Both the position numbers and the translations under genes were made by a program. From the NCBI GenBank assembly GCA_000934665.2, contig KZ538690.1, positions 1 through 53,514 on the forward strand: a stretch of DNA of 53,514 bases, in the 5' to 3' direction. Of this stretch, positions 24,738-36,399 are shown piece after piece. The stretch comes from Catajapyx aquilonaris (lineage: Eukaryota). Within the stretch, counting starts at the first letter, position 1. The number at the start of each line of letters is the position of its first letter. The notes below the pieces were generated by a model that was not told the DNA's origin, did no database searches, and saw only the letters and a list, made by a program, of their open reading frames with translations.

Positions 24738-25580
24738 GTCAGTGGAAATCTTACGGATAGTGAGTTACATGTGTTACTTGCATTTTGAAAGTGGAAAGAG
24801 GGGAGACAAAGTTTTGCTTGTGAACCACATGCTAACTGTGAATTAGATCCCCTGTTCATTGTAGTAATGACAAGTTGTCATTCTTCACTGGTAACAAGCT
24901 AGAATGTTTTTCCAGTGGGAATCTCATCTGGCAGTAGGCAACAGATGCGACCTACCTTCCATGTTGCATCTTGTTTTTTTGTTGCATGGATTTGCACTGT
25001 TATGTTTGGCTAGAAGGTAACTTGGAAATTCAGTTCCTTCCTGTTATTTTTTATCATTGTGAGGAGAAATATAATATGTGGTGTTACTGATACTGAAAGA
25101 GAGGCATACATGTTTACACACATTGCTGAAATCGCATATTCATGTGAAAAGACAAACTCATGACAGTGAGTAATTTTGTAAGAGCAACAAAAAAAAAAAA
25201 AAACTGTTACTCATAATGCCAACTTGATTCACCTTTATATCATGCCCTCAGTTTTGTCCATATTTAGTACAGTACTGAAATTTTAAATTGCAGGATATTA
25301 ATGACATGAAAAATAATTATTGGTTGTTATGACAAGTACATTTTTTCCCCATTTCCGCTTCATAAGTAGCTGATGATTAAGATTGACTTGTCCTCACAAT
25401 CAGGAAAAGGTAGTGCCATCAAGTGCCTTCGCATGCCATGTGCACATCTACCTTAACAGTGCCACCTCTAATTACTTGTAGACTTTTAATTACTTGTAGT
25501 CCCACCACCTCGACATAGCCCCATCCCGTGTGTGTGTGCCTCCCCCCCGGGGACACTTGATTGGCTGTGACACATTGCAG

Positions 25581-25792
25581 GTCATCTGTGAGCAGGATTT
25601 CCAGTTCAGACAAGGGCAGCCTGATCAACAAAGATGCCACCTCAGAGAGGCAGCTTCTTATGGACAGGGGGGGTGGGGGAGGGGGAGGGGGAGGAAGGCT
25701 GGCAAACCAAGACATATCCTCCAGCAACAGAGAGAAGGCGGAGAGAGAGGCTGCGGAAAGGGAGACCACTGCTGAAGAGGATTCGCAAGTTG
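25581..25792 (+). CDS. PPP1R12A: MYPT1/Mbs coding exon (linker with poly-Gly)
   Basis: cattgcag| ... |gtgcgt; 212 nt, phase 2-1; (R)SSVSRISSSDKGSLINKDATSERQLLMDR-G9-RLANQ...EEDSQV; phases fit both neighbours. Confidence 0.8.
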
Positions 25793-26599
25793 GTGCGTTA
25801 TTTTATTTTTTATTCATGCTATAATGGCAGATCTGGATTTGCCAAATGGTTTGGTTAGTGTGACTGCTACTTTTCTCAACTCAACTTGCTTGGAAGAAAG
25901 ATGATGGCTATGAATCTCAGCCTTCGTGTGAAGTAAAGCTTGAAGGCAATTTTTTCACCCCTCTTTTGGTTTGGTTAATTTATGAACTGGCCTTAATGCA
26001 ATATATTAATTCTGCTATACACAGAGTTTTACCTACTGAAGGAACTAAGAAATCCCGTGTTCTACGGTAGACAGGTTCCATTATTCCAAACAAAAATGCA
26101 AGGTGAAGCAAGCCTATCTCACACCCAGTGCTGCAAAATCTTTTCGTGTTGTAGATATGTGGTCATATTTCACCTCTGGACAAACTGCCTGAGTATCAGC
26201 ATGAGTACTGTATGGGTCCACAACTGTCCTACTAGAATGGCAGGTTTAAAAATTTTGCTATGCACTTTTACCCACTTCATTTGATCTGTTATCATATAAA
26301 TGTTTTATATAGAGTGTTATTCAAAAAGAATACCTCTCTCTCAAATATGCGTAACTCTGAAAACTGAAATATTGCAAGTACAATATCACTCAAAAGGATG
26401 GAGACTATTTTGCATTGAAACCAAATGCACATTCGTCTCCTTTTTTTTGAGCGATATAGTACATGGTGTGCAGTAAACAAGAGGAAAAACTGCATTGAGC
26501 ATTATCTCTTGCCTGGGTCAAGGGGTTTTTTCGTTTTATCCCAGCAGCACGGTGAACAAAAATGGCAACTGCGCAGCCAAAAGCAGTTTGTGTGCTGGA

Positions 26600-26990
26600 C
26601 TTAGCCAAGTAATATTCAATAATCATTACCCAACATGACTTTGAATGGATTCAGAAACACTATGTTCTCAGGTGCTTTGGTGCGTTGATTATTGTGGCCA
26701 CCACTAAAACTGCTCACATTGTTGACATCTTTTCTATTACTGGAGGAGACCTTGACAACCATGCCCAGTGGATTGGTTCTTCCTGGTTCCCCAGTCATTT
26801 TATCCTCAATCAGGGTCACATGCTTGGTCAGGCGATGCTACCAATCTCGGACGAGGTCTGTTTGCACTGAGCACCCACAACTGAGGCAATGTCAACCAAT
26901 TTTGTTACCACACCCCCTCCCCTCAGTCAGCATCGGCAATCACCTTCTATTTGAGTTTGGTTCTATCGGGATAGGTCCCCAGCACACAAA
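26600..26990 (-). pseudogene. Possible decayed Tc1/mariner transposase N-terminal fragment
   Basis: Minus-strand frame VQTDLVRDW*HRLTKHVTLIEDKMTGEPGR resembles the V..W..RF..G...ED...GRP helix-turn-helix/linker motif. Weak. Confidence 0.3.
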
Positions 26991-27645
26991 ATACCTCCTG
27001 CTGGAATGTTGTCATATTTTTTTCTTTGCTGTGCTGCCTTAGAGCAGCAGGCAAGTAAAGCATTTGCACATCCAGGGAGCAGATGAAACTTTGACAGTTT
27101 TATATTGTTTGATGGACACCACATGCATGCAACGTTACAAGAAGCAGAATTATACAATGTGAATAATTCTTTTTGAATAACCCTACATGCAGTACTAGAG
27201 TTATATAAAAGTAATAACAAGTTTTTACTTAAAATTTAGTTATTAATTTAATATATTATAAAGCCAATAACTATTGGAGCCTAGGTATAGACCGTGGTAA
27301 GAAAAGCAGCATGCAACCATTTTGGGATATTAGAGGATTGCTTGATATTTGCAGGGTTAAACCATACGTTGAGTAGTCATGTAAGGCGATAAAACAGTAA
27401 TATTTCTGATGTTGGGGACAAAACAATGTCAAGCCCAAATTGATGTCCTTTTGACACATTTTTGACTTCTGGATGATCCTGGGACAGGAAAAATTTCAGT
27501 GCATCTTAAGTTGTGAAAAGTTCCCAATACAGTACACTATTTTAGCTGAGAAATGACAGAATGAATGGATGGTAAATCATTAAATTAAGGCATGAGACTG
27601 GCCATATGATATTTCAATTAAGGTATTGAATTGAAAATCTTGATG

Positions 27646-27847
27646 TAAGGTGAAGTGGGGTAAGTGCATACACGGGCCACTATATTGGAATGAAAATGGC
27701 TGACGACACCAAAACGCGTCCGGGGATGTTATGTGCAGCTACACAAAGAGTGCCTGACGCGTTTTGGTGTCATCAGCCATTTTCATTCCAATGTAGCGGC
27801 CCGTGTATGCACTTACCCCGTGTATGCACTTACCCCACTTCACCTTA
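27646..27847. mobile_element. Short palindromic TA-flanked MITE (pogo/Tc1-like)
   Basis: taaggtgaagtggggtaagtgcatacacggg / cccgtgtatgcacttaccccacttcacctta; arms ~75 bp; 17-bp tandem duplication in the right arm. Confidence 0.88.
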
Positions 27848-27959
27848 TTCCATTAGTTCTCAGTATTTAGTTGGCAGGTACAGCTCATTTCTAATTGCAG
27901 TATATTATGAGTGCTGCTTGAGCTGAATACTCTTGTCTAGTTTTATGATAGTTTTATGA

Positions 27960-28189
27960 TAGTTTCATGATAGTTAAGTAACCTGCAAACACACCACCAC
28001 CACCCCCCACCCCCAGTTTTAGTACTTGTACTGTAGAAGATTAATGTAGTGTAGAAATATTAAAACATAAAAGTGTTAAAAAACCTTGGTGGTAAAATTT
28101 CCTACAAAATTTATTGCAAGTAAAAATATCCGCGGCCACTGCGCGACCCCCCGGAAAAGGCTTCACGACCCCCTAGTTGGGAACCACTG
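27960..28189. mobile_element. 5'-truncated hAT MITE, same family as 13341-14096
   Basis: Shares atgatagt.aagtaacct, gtagaagattaat, aaaatttatt.caagtaaaaata and the right TIR ttgggaaccactg. Confidence 0.7.
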
Positions 28190-28941
28190 GTTTATAGCAT
28201 GCATGATTGTGTGTGGAGATGTTCAAAACCCTTTCTGGAAATTATAATATGGTTACTTCTGGTCGAAATTGTTACTGAAGGGAGGCATTTTTAGAATTAA
28301 AGCAGCTTGTTGTGCAATAAATTTTAGTGGAATCCCTTTCTAATGATATGGAAATGTGAAGCTTTTTTCCCCCCTTTCTTGCTTTTCTCTTTGAGAAATG
28401 TGGGTTTGAATACAGAAATTGTTTAAATACCTCAATGGCCATGAAATATGCTTGAAGTGTGAGAATTTTCTTCTTCTATTTGTGTAGTAGTGGGAGAGTA
28501 CAAAGTGAAAGGGGTGTGAACTACACTAATATAGCTGCCATTGTTGCTTTTCTTAAATCCTCACATATCAGGAAAATTTAAATTAGTAACATTGTACATT
28601 TCTCAAGTCTGTTGAAGTGGTGCAATTCAATCTGTACTAATAACATGACGTCTGAGCTACATGTAGTGTATTTTAATAATTATGCCACATTTTGAACACA
28701 TTTTAAGGTCATTTTTTAAACTGAAAGAAATTGCAAAATCACATTTAAGCCAAGGTTTCACATTTGGAGAAGTAAATGGGCAATAAAAAAGGTTACATTT
28801 GCATCATGGGATATTTTTATGAGCATCTGCCACTAAAAATTATGGAGCACGGTGAGCTTGATTCAGTAATGCAATCATATTTTGAAAAATTCTAGGGTAA
28901 CTTGGAGAATGGTGATGTGGCTAAGACGTAGGTTTATTATA

Positions 28942-29439
28942 CAGGGTGATTCTCTCGAATGGAAACCCAAACATTCCTCAATAACTTTTTAACTATGGTG
29001 TGGTTCCCGATGAAAATTAACATACACTTACCTTGTATCATGCCAAACAAGGTCTGACTAAAGAATATACCAAAAGTGGTCCCCTCCAGCATACAAGAGT
29101 TTTTAAATCAGAGTCTGCATATTGCCGAAGACTCCTGCAGAATGGCCGGCGGGAATGGCTCAACTCCCGCCCGCCCGCTTGCTTGGTGAGACGGGATCTC
29201 AAGGCAACGGGATCGTGGCCTTGAGATACCCATCTCGCCAAACAGACTGGCGGGTGAGAATGGATGGGATTGCCGCCTTCAATCGGCAGGCGTCTTCGGC
29301 AATATGCAGACTCGGATTTTAAAATTCTTGGATGCTGGAGGGGACCACTTTTGGTGTATTCTTTAGTCAGACCTTGTTTGGCATGATACAAGGAAAGTAC
29401 ATGTTAATTTTCATTGGGAACCATACCATAGTTAAAAAG
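28942..29439. mobile_element. Palindromic Tc1/mariner-type MITE, right terminus missing
   Basis: TA+cagggtg left end; arms pair from ~28985 to the centre (~29212) and out to 29439, producing mirror-image ORFs 29033+ and 29391-. Confidence 0.88.
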
Positions 29440-29890
29440 GGTTGTGGAAAAGGGGAGGAGAACTAGTCCCCGCCCCAAAACGCTTCCTTAGAATGTGTGT
29501 AGTATAGAGCATGAAACATTTTTATAATCTGTTTAGTAGGTTTCAAGATAATCATTTCATGTACATTTTAATACTTGCTCAGTTTTAGACACCAGTGTCT
29601 TTGGATTAAGAGGTAGTGTCGTGCATAAAGGCACAGAGAATGATTAATTCAGCTAAAGACTTGGTCTCTAAGGCTGACCTTGCAATGATATGGCCAGGCT
29701 TTCCATAAAGATAATTTAATCATCCAGTGTAGCAGAGAATAGATATAGAAATGCAGACACATACAGTACATGGAGAAACCCATTTTCTCCTGGTGTATTA
29801 CCCTCCGCACACCTGAGTCTTTGGAGTGCTCCCCAGTGTGGTCCCTTTTTTTGTCCTCTATAATTTCCCCCCATTTGCATGCGGCTGTAG

Positions 29891-30001
29891 AGGAGGAGGA
29901 AGACGAGAAGGAGGATGATGAAGAGGAAGATTCCTCCTTGTCCAGTGAGAGCTCGGAATCCTCCATCTCCGAGTCCTCTCGTAGTAGTTGCCCTGGTGAA
30001 G
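29891..30001 (+). CDS. PPP1R12A: MYPT1/Mbs coding exon (acidic/Ser-rich tract), symmetric
   Basis: gctgtag| ... |gtaagt; 111 nt, phase 1-1; EEEEDEKEDDEEEDSSLSSESSESSISESSRSSCPGE, resembling the acidic tract that follows the MYPT1 ankyrins. Confidence 0.8.
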
Positions 30002-30241
30002 GTAAGTCCAGTCGGGCAATGCTGGAACAGCTGGGAGCTCACAATTGCTGTCATTGTGTGGAGGGCTAACTTTCTGCCATGATCACAAGGAAATTATTAC
30101 ATTCCCTGAATCTCCTTTTTCTGTCATCTCTTCCCCTCCCTCTACACTCACACCTGAGCTTATTATATTGTTATGCACCATTGTCAGTTTTTAATTCAGC
30201 AATGGTGACATTTGTTTTTTCTCTTTTTTTTATGACTATAG

Positions 30242-30324
30242 AGAAGAAGAACAAGGCAAACAAGGAGGAAGTCCCCAGGATCCTGAATGCCACACCTGAA
30301 CCCACCAAAGAGCCTGTGAGGCAG
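30242..30324 (+). CDS. PPP1R12A: MYPT1/Mbs coding exon
   Basis: Long polypyrimidine tract + tatag| ... |gtgagt; 83 nt, phase 1-0; EKKNKANKEEVPRILNATPEPTKEPVRQ. Confidence 0.8.
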
Positions 30325-31426
30325 GTGAGTGTTATGTTGGTGCATATGTTATACACTAGCTGCTTTCCTTTTTTCCTGAGGAAGGCATGGAATTGGCAGT
30401 GTGTGGAGGGGTTCATGCTTGGGTTTGTTTCTTTTGAGTTGCATAACAATTCAGGGTTTGGTCCTTTGGCATTCTAAAATGATCCTTTTGTGGTTTGATT
30501 CTGTAAACTGGTCTCAAATGATCCAAGCACAAGGCGTAGTCAAATTCAGGGAGTCATGTGAGCCACATGTGCTTGGGCAAAACATAACTTGAGGTCGAAG
30601 ATATCTATTTCTACTCTTTCCCCTGTGTCAAGCTGAGCTTGATGAAACAGTGCAAGTAAGTTTGAGTTACCTCCCAAATAATGATAAGATGTCAGCTGCA
30701 ATCACTGTGCTTGCCAGCATATTTTTCTCTTCAGGCAACAAACCACATGTTTTGCCCTTTCCTCTCACCTCAAGTCCTGCACTGTTGTCACATAACCTAT
30801 GGCTTCCTCTCCACCATTAGCACCTGATGGGGTCCTTGGAGTGAAAACCCAAGGACTCCACTTTGACCTTGCATAGTACCTCACTTATTGCTGGCTGTAG
30901 CCATCATAATCTAGACCTGTCAACCCTCATCCTTCATTAGGTGTGAGCAGTGTTGCATAATTGATATTTGCCAGGGCCACACACAGTCTCCACCCATAGC
31001 CATTTCACCTTTTAACACGACTCTGTTTTGCCTATTCACTGCTATGGGGATGGAATTGGTGCTGCCATGCAAAAAAATTGCTCTGGTGTAAAATATATTT
31101 TGCATTTGATGGTGTTACTGTAACTGACTGCTTGTTCAGATTCAGCAATTTTAATGTGATTTTTGGATCTCCGCTTGCCAAAGTACCAAACCATCCTTTG
31201 AAGGAAAGCAAAGAGGAAAGCAGCCCTGCAGGCCATATTTATTGTTTGTAAAAATAGTTCATTTATTAGCCTACATTTAAAACTACCCTCTGGGTTTCAT
31301 GCTTTGTACATGAAATCAAATTGTCCCTTAGAGCTTCTGCTAAAGTAAACATCATCAAGCAGCAAATTGTTATAGCTTTACATTGTGATATAGTATATGT
31401 GGTGTAACTGAAATGCAATGACTAAG

Positions 31427-31571
31427 GTTCCATCTCAACTGCCATCCAAGTCTGCAGCTGAGAATGCTGAAGAATCTGGTGTTCCTTCATGGCGACGCAG
31501 CGGTTCTCTTAGGAGCAGGTTAGGGGCTTCAGGAGTACCAAATAATCGAGAAGAAGCTGCCAGGACTACAC
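31427..31571 (+). CDS. PPP1R12A: MYPT1/Mbs coding exon (WRRSGSLR motif)
   Basis: actaag| (weak acceptor) ... |gtaagt; 145 nt, phase 0-1; VPSQLPSKSAAENAEESGVPSWRRSGSLRSRLGASGVPNNREEAARTT. The 5' boundary is less certain than the donor. Confidence 0.72.
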
Positions 31572-32385
31572 GTAAGTCATTTATGCAACATCCGTAATTA
31601 CTGTTTGGGCAGAAGAAATTAAGATTAATTATGAGTTGCTTTATTGGTATCAGGAGTAAAATGAGTATTTCAAAACTGTGTTAGGTGATTCAATCTCAAT
31701 TGAGTCATTTTGATGAAAGTTGTGCTTCAACCTCCATGGGGGGAAAAGGCCAATGACACTATGATGAGTGAAGAGCAAGGAATAAGGCATCTTCTGATGA
31801 TATTTTTGCATTTTTGCATCAAAGTTTTCAATGTTACAAAATTGCTGCAAACGTGGCTGGATTGCACTGGTTGACAACAAGTTAATCAACAATTACTAGA
31901 ACTGCAATCCAACCTGATTTGTTTTACTGAGTCCGGTGTTCCCTGCCCTGACAGTACATTTCAAACCCTGTTCAGGGATGTACTATTCATCTATTGATAC
32001 CATCTAGTAAAGGAAAGGGATATTTAAAACTTGTGTCTAGGTGCACGCTTCATACTTGTGAACTCTGATCTTGATAATTTACGTGTGCCGCAATGCCCAT
32101 ACGATTTATTCACATGTGGACTTAGAGTACCATAAATGTCAAGCTCTCTCTAATAAGATGTCCCCATGTAAGGGTACAGGTGATTTTTCACACTTAGAGA
32201 ACAGTTTGCATACCGGTATACTATAACTTAAAATCATTTCAGAGCTTATACCAACATAATTTTCACATTAGTTGACACTTTCTGAAAATGTTTCTTTTCT
32301 GTATTGGAGCATTATCAAGTGGTCAGGCTCTTTGATCTGTGAAGCTTAATTTCAATTGCCATTGTTAATTTGATAACTGTTTCAG

Positions 32386-32503
32386 GTACAAGTGAAAAGG
32401 AAGTTGCTTCTACGACTTCAGCACCCGTGAAAGCTGCTGCAAATGCTGAAGAACCATCTGATGTTGTTCTTAGGAGAGCCAATAGCTTCGAATCAGACAA
32501 AAA
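32386..32503 (+). CDS. PPP1R12A: MYPT1/Mbs coding exon (LRRANSF motif)
   Basis: tgtttcag| ... |gtatgt; 118 nt, phase 1-2; (R)TSEKEVASTTSAPVKAAANAEEPSDVVLRRANSFESDK(K). Confidence 0.82.
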
Positions 32504-33218
32504 GTATGTTTTCTGCTTGCCTTTTAACGAAGCAACTTATGGCATGTTTTTTGTTGTTGTTGTTTCTAAGACTGGAGGTTGGATTTATACTAAAAGAAGT
32601 ATAATATATTCTTGAAGCGCTTCATGCACTGATAACTTAGGTTGTTTTCTTGATACATTAGTCCATTCTTAAAATAATTTCTTATTTATCCTATCATTTC
32701 ATCTAATTAACACTTATTCAGTGTGTCATCAAGTCGAGTGTCGAAGACCAATGAATTTGAGCCTACAGTAAACTTCTCTACCTCATGTGAAAGTACTTGA
32801 AAAATACAATTGCATTTACATTTTAAGTGTAGAATGAAATAAAATATATGTGAGGAAACTTAAGCAAAATTTGACTTTCTCCATAAAGTTTTCAGTAAAG
32901 TATGAAATTGTTCTAGAAGTATGTATGGAAGTACAGCAATAATTTGACCATTTTGCACCTAATTCATAACTGTCATATAGCCTATTAAAAGTACATTTCT
33001 CATTTATATAATAAATGTCATTAACAAATGCACCAATGCACAGTGTCCTACAAACTTTCTGTGACAGCACTTGTGGACTAACTTTAAATTTGCATGTGTC
33101 CTTCACCTGCCACCTATCATGCTCTTGAAAACCAATTGCTCACCCATCTCCTGTTTCTGTCCCTTACTTCCTCTCCATTGCCTTGCTTACCTCCTCCACA
33201 CACTTGACCTGCATGCAG

Positions 33219-33365
33219 GTTTTATACTCGACTGACGGAACTTCGGGAGCGCATCAAAGCCACCTCCTGCCCAACGCTGCCCTCTCACCAACCCTCCTCT
33301 ACTTCTACTGCTTCTACTTCTAACTACAGCTCTGAACATTTTCGCAACCGATTTGCAGCTTCAAG
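33219..33365 (+). CDS. PPP1R12A: MYPT1/Mbs coding exon, symmetric (probable cassette)
   Basis: Pyrimidine-rich tract + catgcag| ... |gtagga; 147 nt, phase 2-2; FYTRLTELRERIKATSCPTLPSHQPSSTSTASTSNYSSEHFRNRFAAS. Absent from the ORF track. Confidence 0.75.
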
Positions 33366-34869
33366 GTAGGAGCTTCCCACAGTCACCTGTGCCCAACAAC
33401 CAGTCCTTGATTATATTTTTTTGTCATTATATCTGGGTATTTCGGGTTATTTACCCATCTTACACCTGTAGTTCTCCCCTAAGATAGATATGAAATTTGC
33501 CTATCTTACCCATATGAGATTATTCTTAAGGCTGGGTTGCAAATAATTTTACTATGTACCACCACATAAACCTAGGTTTTAATACTAGTTATAAGTATTC
33601 TAGCATATAATATTTTTTGTTAAGTTACATAATTATAGTTGTTGTATTATAAACAACGTAATTATTACATCTGCTACAAGACATCAGTCAATGTTCACAG
33701 CAGCTACATTACAATCAGGTATGGGCTTGCTATCATTGCTGCTTCTGTGTGTATTGGAATGGAAGTTATAATCAGTGCTTTATTATAATTTGTTCTTCAA
33801 ACCAACATGTTATGGGTATTACAAATGGTGAAATACTATGAGGGTTGGAATGGGTGACGTGGGGTGTTATTCTTTATTACATTTAAAAAATGTTTTGAAT
33901 ACCTCAACCATTACAGCAATGAACAGTATGTCATTTTACAGTTCCACCTGAGTTGTGCATTATGGGATAAAAAGATGATGTGAATGTAGTAAATGATGTT
34001 GGCAAACAAAAGATGAACAACAACAACCCCCCCCCCCCCTCTACCACCACCACCACCAACTCCCCAAATATTGCAAAATGTGAGCATTCTGGCAAAAAAA
34101 GCACTAATCATTGATCTTACCTTATTAGTGGCTCTCATTGTGATTGTCAAGTTTGTGGATGACCGTGCTCCACAATGGGGAAGCATCTGACTGCTTATTG
34201 CTTTGTGATGGGGGTTGATGTCAGGCATAGATCATGCTACTGGCTAGTACAGTTCAGACATGTTTGTGAAGTGCATTGCTTTTTATCTTTGAAAAGAAGT
34301 GTTACGTTACTAGAACTAAGGTGAGGTGAGTGTAGCAAGTGTTTTTGTACCTCCCATCACCACCTTGCTATGGAGGTAAGAGCAGCAATTGAGAGCATTC
34401 CCCCCCACCCACCCTCCCTGGTGTTCTCATTATTCATGTTGTCTTGTGAGGAGGGGTCAGGGAGATGTCATTTCTCTTTTGTTTCATGACATCACTCCCA
34501 ACAGTTGCATTGTGAAAAATCACATCAAGTAGAACTCGAGCAGAGCTACGAAAGCACAAATGGTTCATCACTGTACAGGTTCGAGTATTAGAATTTGAAA
34601 GTACCAAGTCATGACTTCTATTCCAACTCTCATATATTACAATGTGATGACCATTTTACGATATTTATGTTAACGACCTTTTAACAATTATCTGCAGAAA
34701 GGACAATTTGGAAAAGAAATTGGGAAAAATTGAAGTTAACAAAAAAAAATTGAGACAATTGCACACTGTTGGAATGCCTGTGAGTCAACACCAATAGGCA
34801 CTTCTTTCCTTGGTCACAGTTCATTGTGGTAGGCTCATAGGTATACAGTACTGTATTATTGGTCTCTGC

Positions 34870-35131
34870 CAGCCCACGGACACTACCCCTATAGTCTTAT
34901 CTTATCGCCTGCCGGGGCGTTTTGCATGAGGTGCTCACCTGAGAGCGCCATGAGACCTTTCACAGAACAATTATGTGGCGACCCTACCAGACTTCACTGA
35001 ACTTTATAGGTACAAAAGGGAAGCGCTACACTGGGAAACAAAAGGGAAGCGCTACACTGGGGGACCCAACATGGTCGCCGGCTGCCATGTTCGGCCCGCA
35101 TGTAGCGCTACCTGAGTATTCTAAGATCATG
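34870..35131. mobile_element. P-like non-autonomous element with asymmetric ends
   Basis: Perfect 8-bp TSD gtctctgc (34862-34869, 35132-35139); right end tattctaagatcatg identical to that of 35745-35991; 24-bp internal tandem repeat (35012-35035, 35038-35061). Confidence 0.7.
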
Positions 35132-35558
35132 GTCTCTGCTCTTCCTGAAATGCTGTAGTCATTTTTGTAATACACTACTATGGTGTAGTGGAATTCTTGA
35201 CAAAGAAGGAAAAGAATCCCTGAAAATCTGATGACCCGCAACCTGGAACAATCATGAGGAACTAGGGGAAACCAAGTTCCACCAACAGGCTTTTGAAACT
35301 AATGTGCATGCACCAAGGGAATATCTCCTGCTAGTTGCCCAGAGTATCTCAGGCAGAAAATTTTTGGGAGATCGAGGGCAACTGGCTCATTTCAGCTGAT
35401 ACTCTGGTTTCTTCCTAGTTCTACTTGCCATTCAGTGGACGACATTGGTACTTGGAATACTGAGAGTTGGGTGTTCCCTAGTTCCATTCCAGGTTTGCAC
35501 CCAATCTTAAATGTTTCAAATACTCAGCGTGTAAAACAGAAATGGGAAAATCTAGGAA

Positions 35559-36399
35559 AGGACATGGGGCAAATGTTATGGGAAAAGTTGTGCTGGTTGG
35601 ATTTGGCTGAAACTTGGTCAGTTGATAGACCATGACCTCAGGGTCAGTTGTTCTGAAGGCCAAAGAAAATTTACTGTGTCGTTTGGCCGCTAGAGGCGCT
35701 CAAAGTTGGACTTTCAGGTGGCTCCTATCGGGCTCATTTTCACACACAGTCTAAGAATAGTAAGGTGTGGACAGTCCCTCTCTTATTGCCTTAGGGGCCT
35801 GACGGGGTGTTTTGCGGGAAGTGGCCGCTTGATAGCTCATTTCAGGGCTTTACAGACATGTGCGACCCTACTGGACTGCCCTGAACTTATAGGTAGAAGA
35901 GAGTGCTCTCTTCTACCTATAAATTCAGCATCGTCAGCCCCCCTAAGGCGATAAGAGGGGAGAGACCAGACCTTACTATTCTAAGATCATGTTTTCACAT
36001 ATGTTGTCGAGTTTCATGAGCTGAGTCGAATGAGCCATGTGGCAATTTTCTGGGACAAACCATTTGGCAGTTATTGTTATGTCTCACTTATAATCCCACT
36101 GCAAAGTCCGTTGACAAGGTCCGATGTTGAACACGAATACACGATTGTGCCTCTCGCGGCCAAATGGTTTGTCACAGAAAATCAACATATGGCTCATTTG
36201 ACTCTGCAACATATGTGAAAATGAGTCCTATAGGAGCCACCTGAAATTCCAACTTTGAGCGCGTCTAGTGGCCAAATGGCACGGTAGATTTTCTTCGGCG
36301 TTCAGAACAATTGACCCTGAAGTCATGGTCTATCAACTGACCAAGTTTCAGCCAAATCCAACCAGTGCATCATTTCCCATAAAATTTGCCCCATGTCCT
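35559..36399. mobile_element. Long-TIR MITE, same family as 15260-17645 (opposite orientation)
   Basis: aggacatggggcaaat... / ...atttgccccatgtcct; the core is the reverse complement of the other copy's core. Confidence 0.88.
35745..35991. mobile_element. P-like MITE nested in the long-TIR MITE
   Basis: TSD ttttcaca (35737-35744, 35992-35999); TIR cacagtctaagaatagtaagg / ccttactattctaagatcatg; CA..TG termini with 8-bp TSD; internal palindrome ttataggtagaagagag..ctctcttctacctataa. Confidence 0.78.

Noticed and set aside
27690..27926. ORF starting MKMADD, like the human MYPT1 N-terminus (MKMAD)
   Set aside because: It starts inside a palindromic MITE, lies downstream of the ankyrin exons and has no further similarity; coincidence.
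29033..29391. Mirror-image ORFs on both strands with near-identical N-termini (also 3666-4137 and 15569-17049)
   Set aside because: By-products of inverted-repeat arms, not genes.
35012..35061. 24-bp direct repeats as a CRISPR-like array (also TGGAGTGCA repeats at 20250-20410)
   Set aside because: Only two units with a 2-nt gap, or irregular motifs inside a MITE; eukaryotic context and no cas genes.
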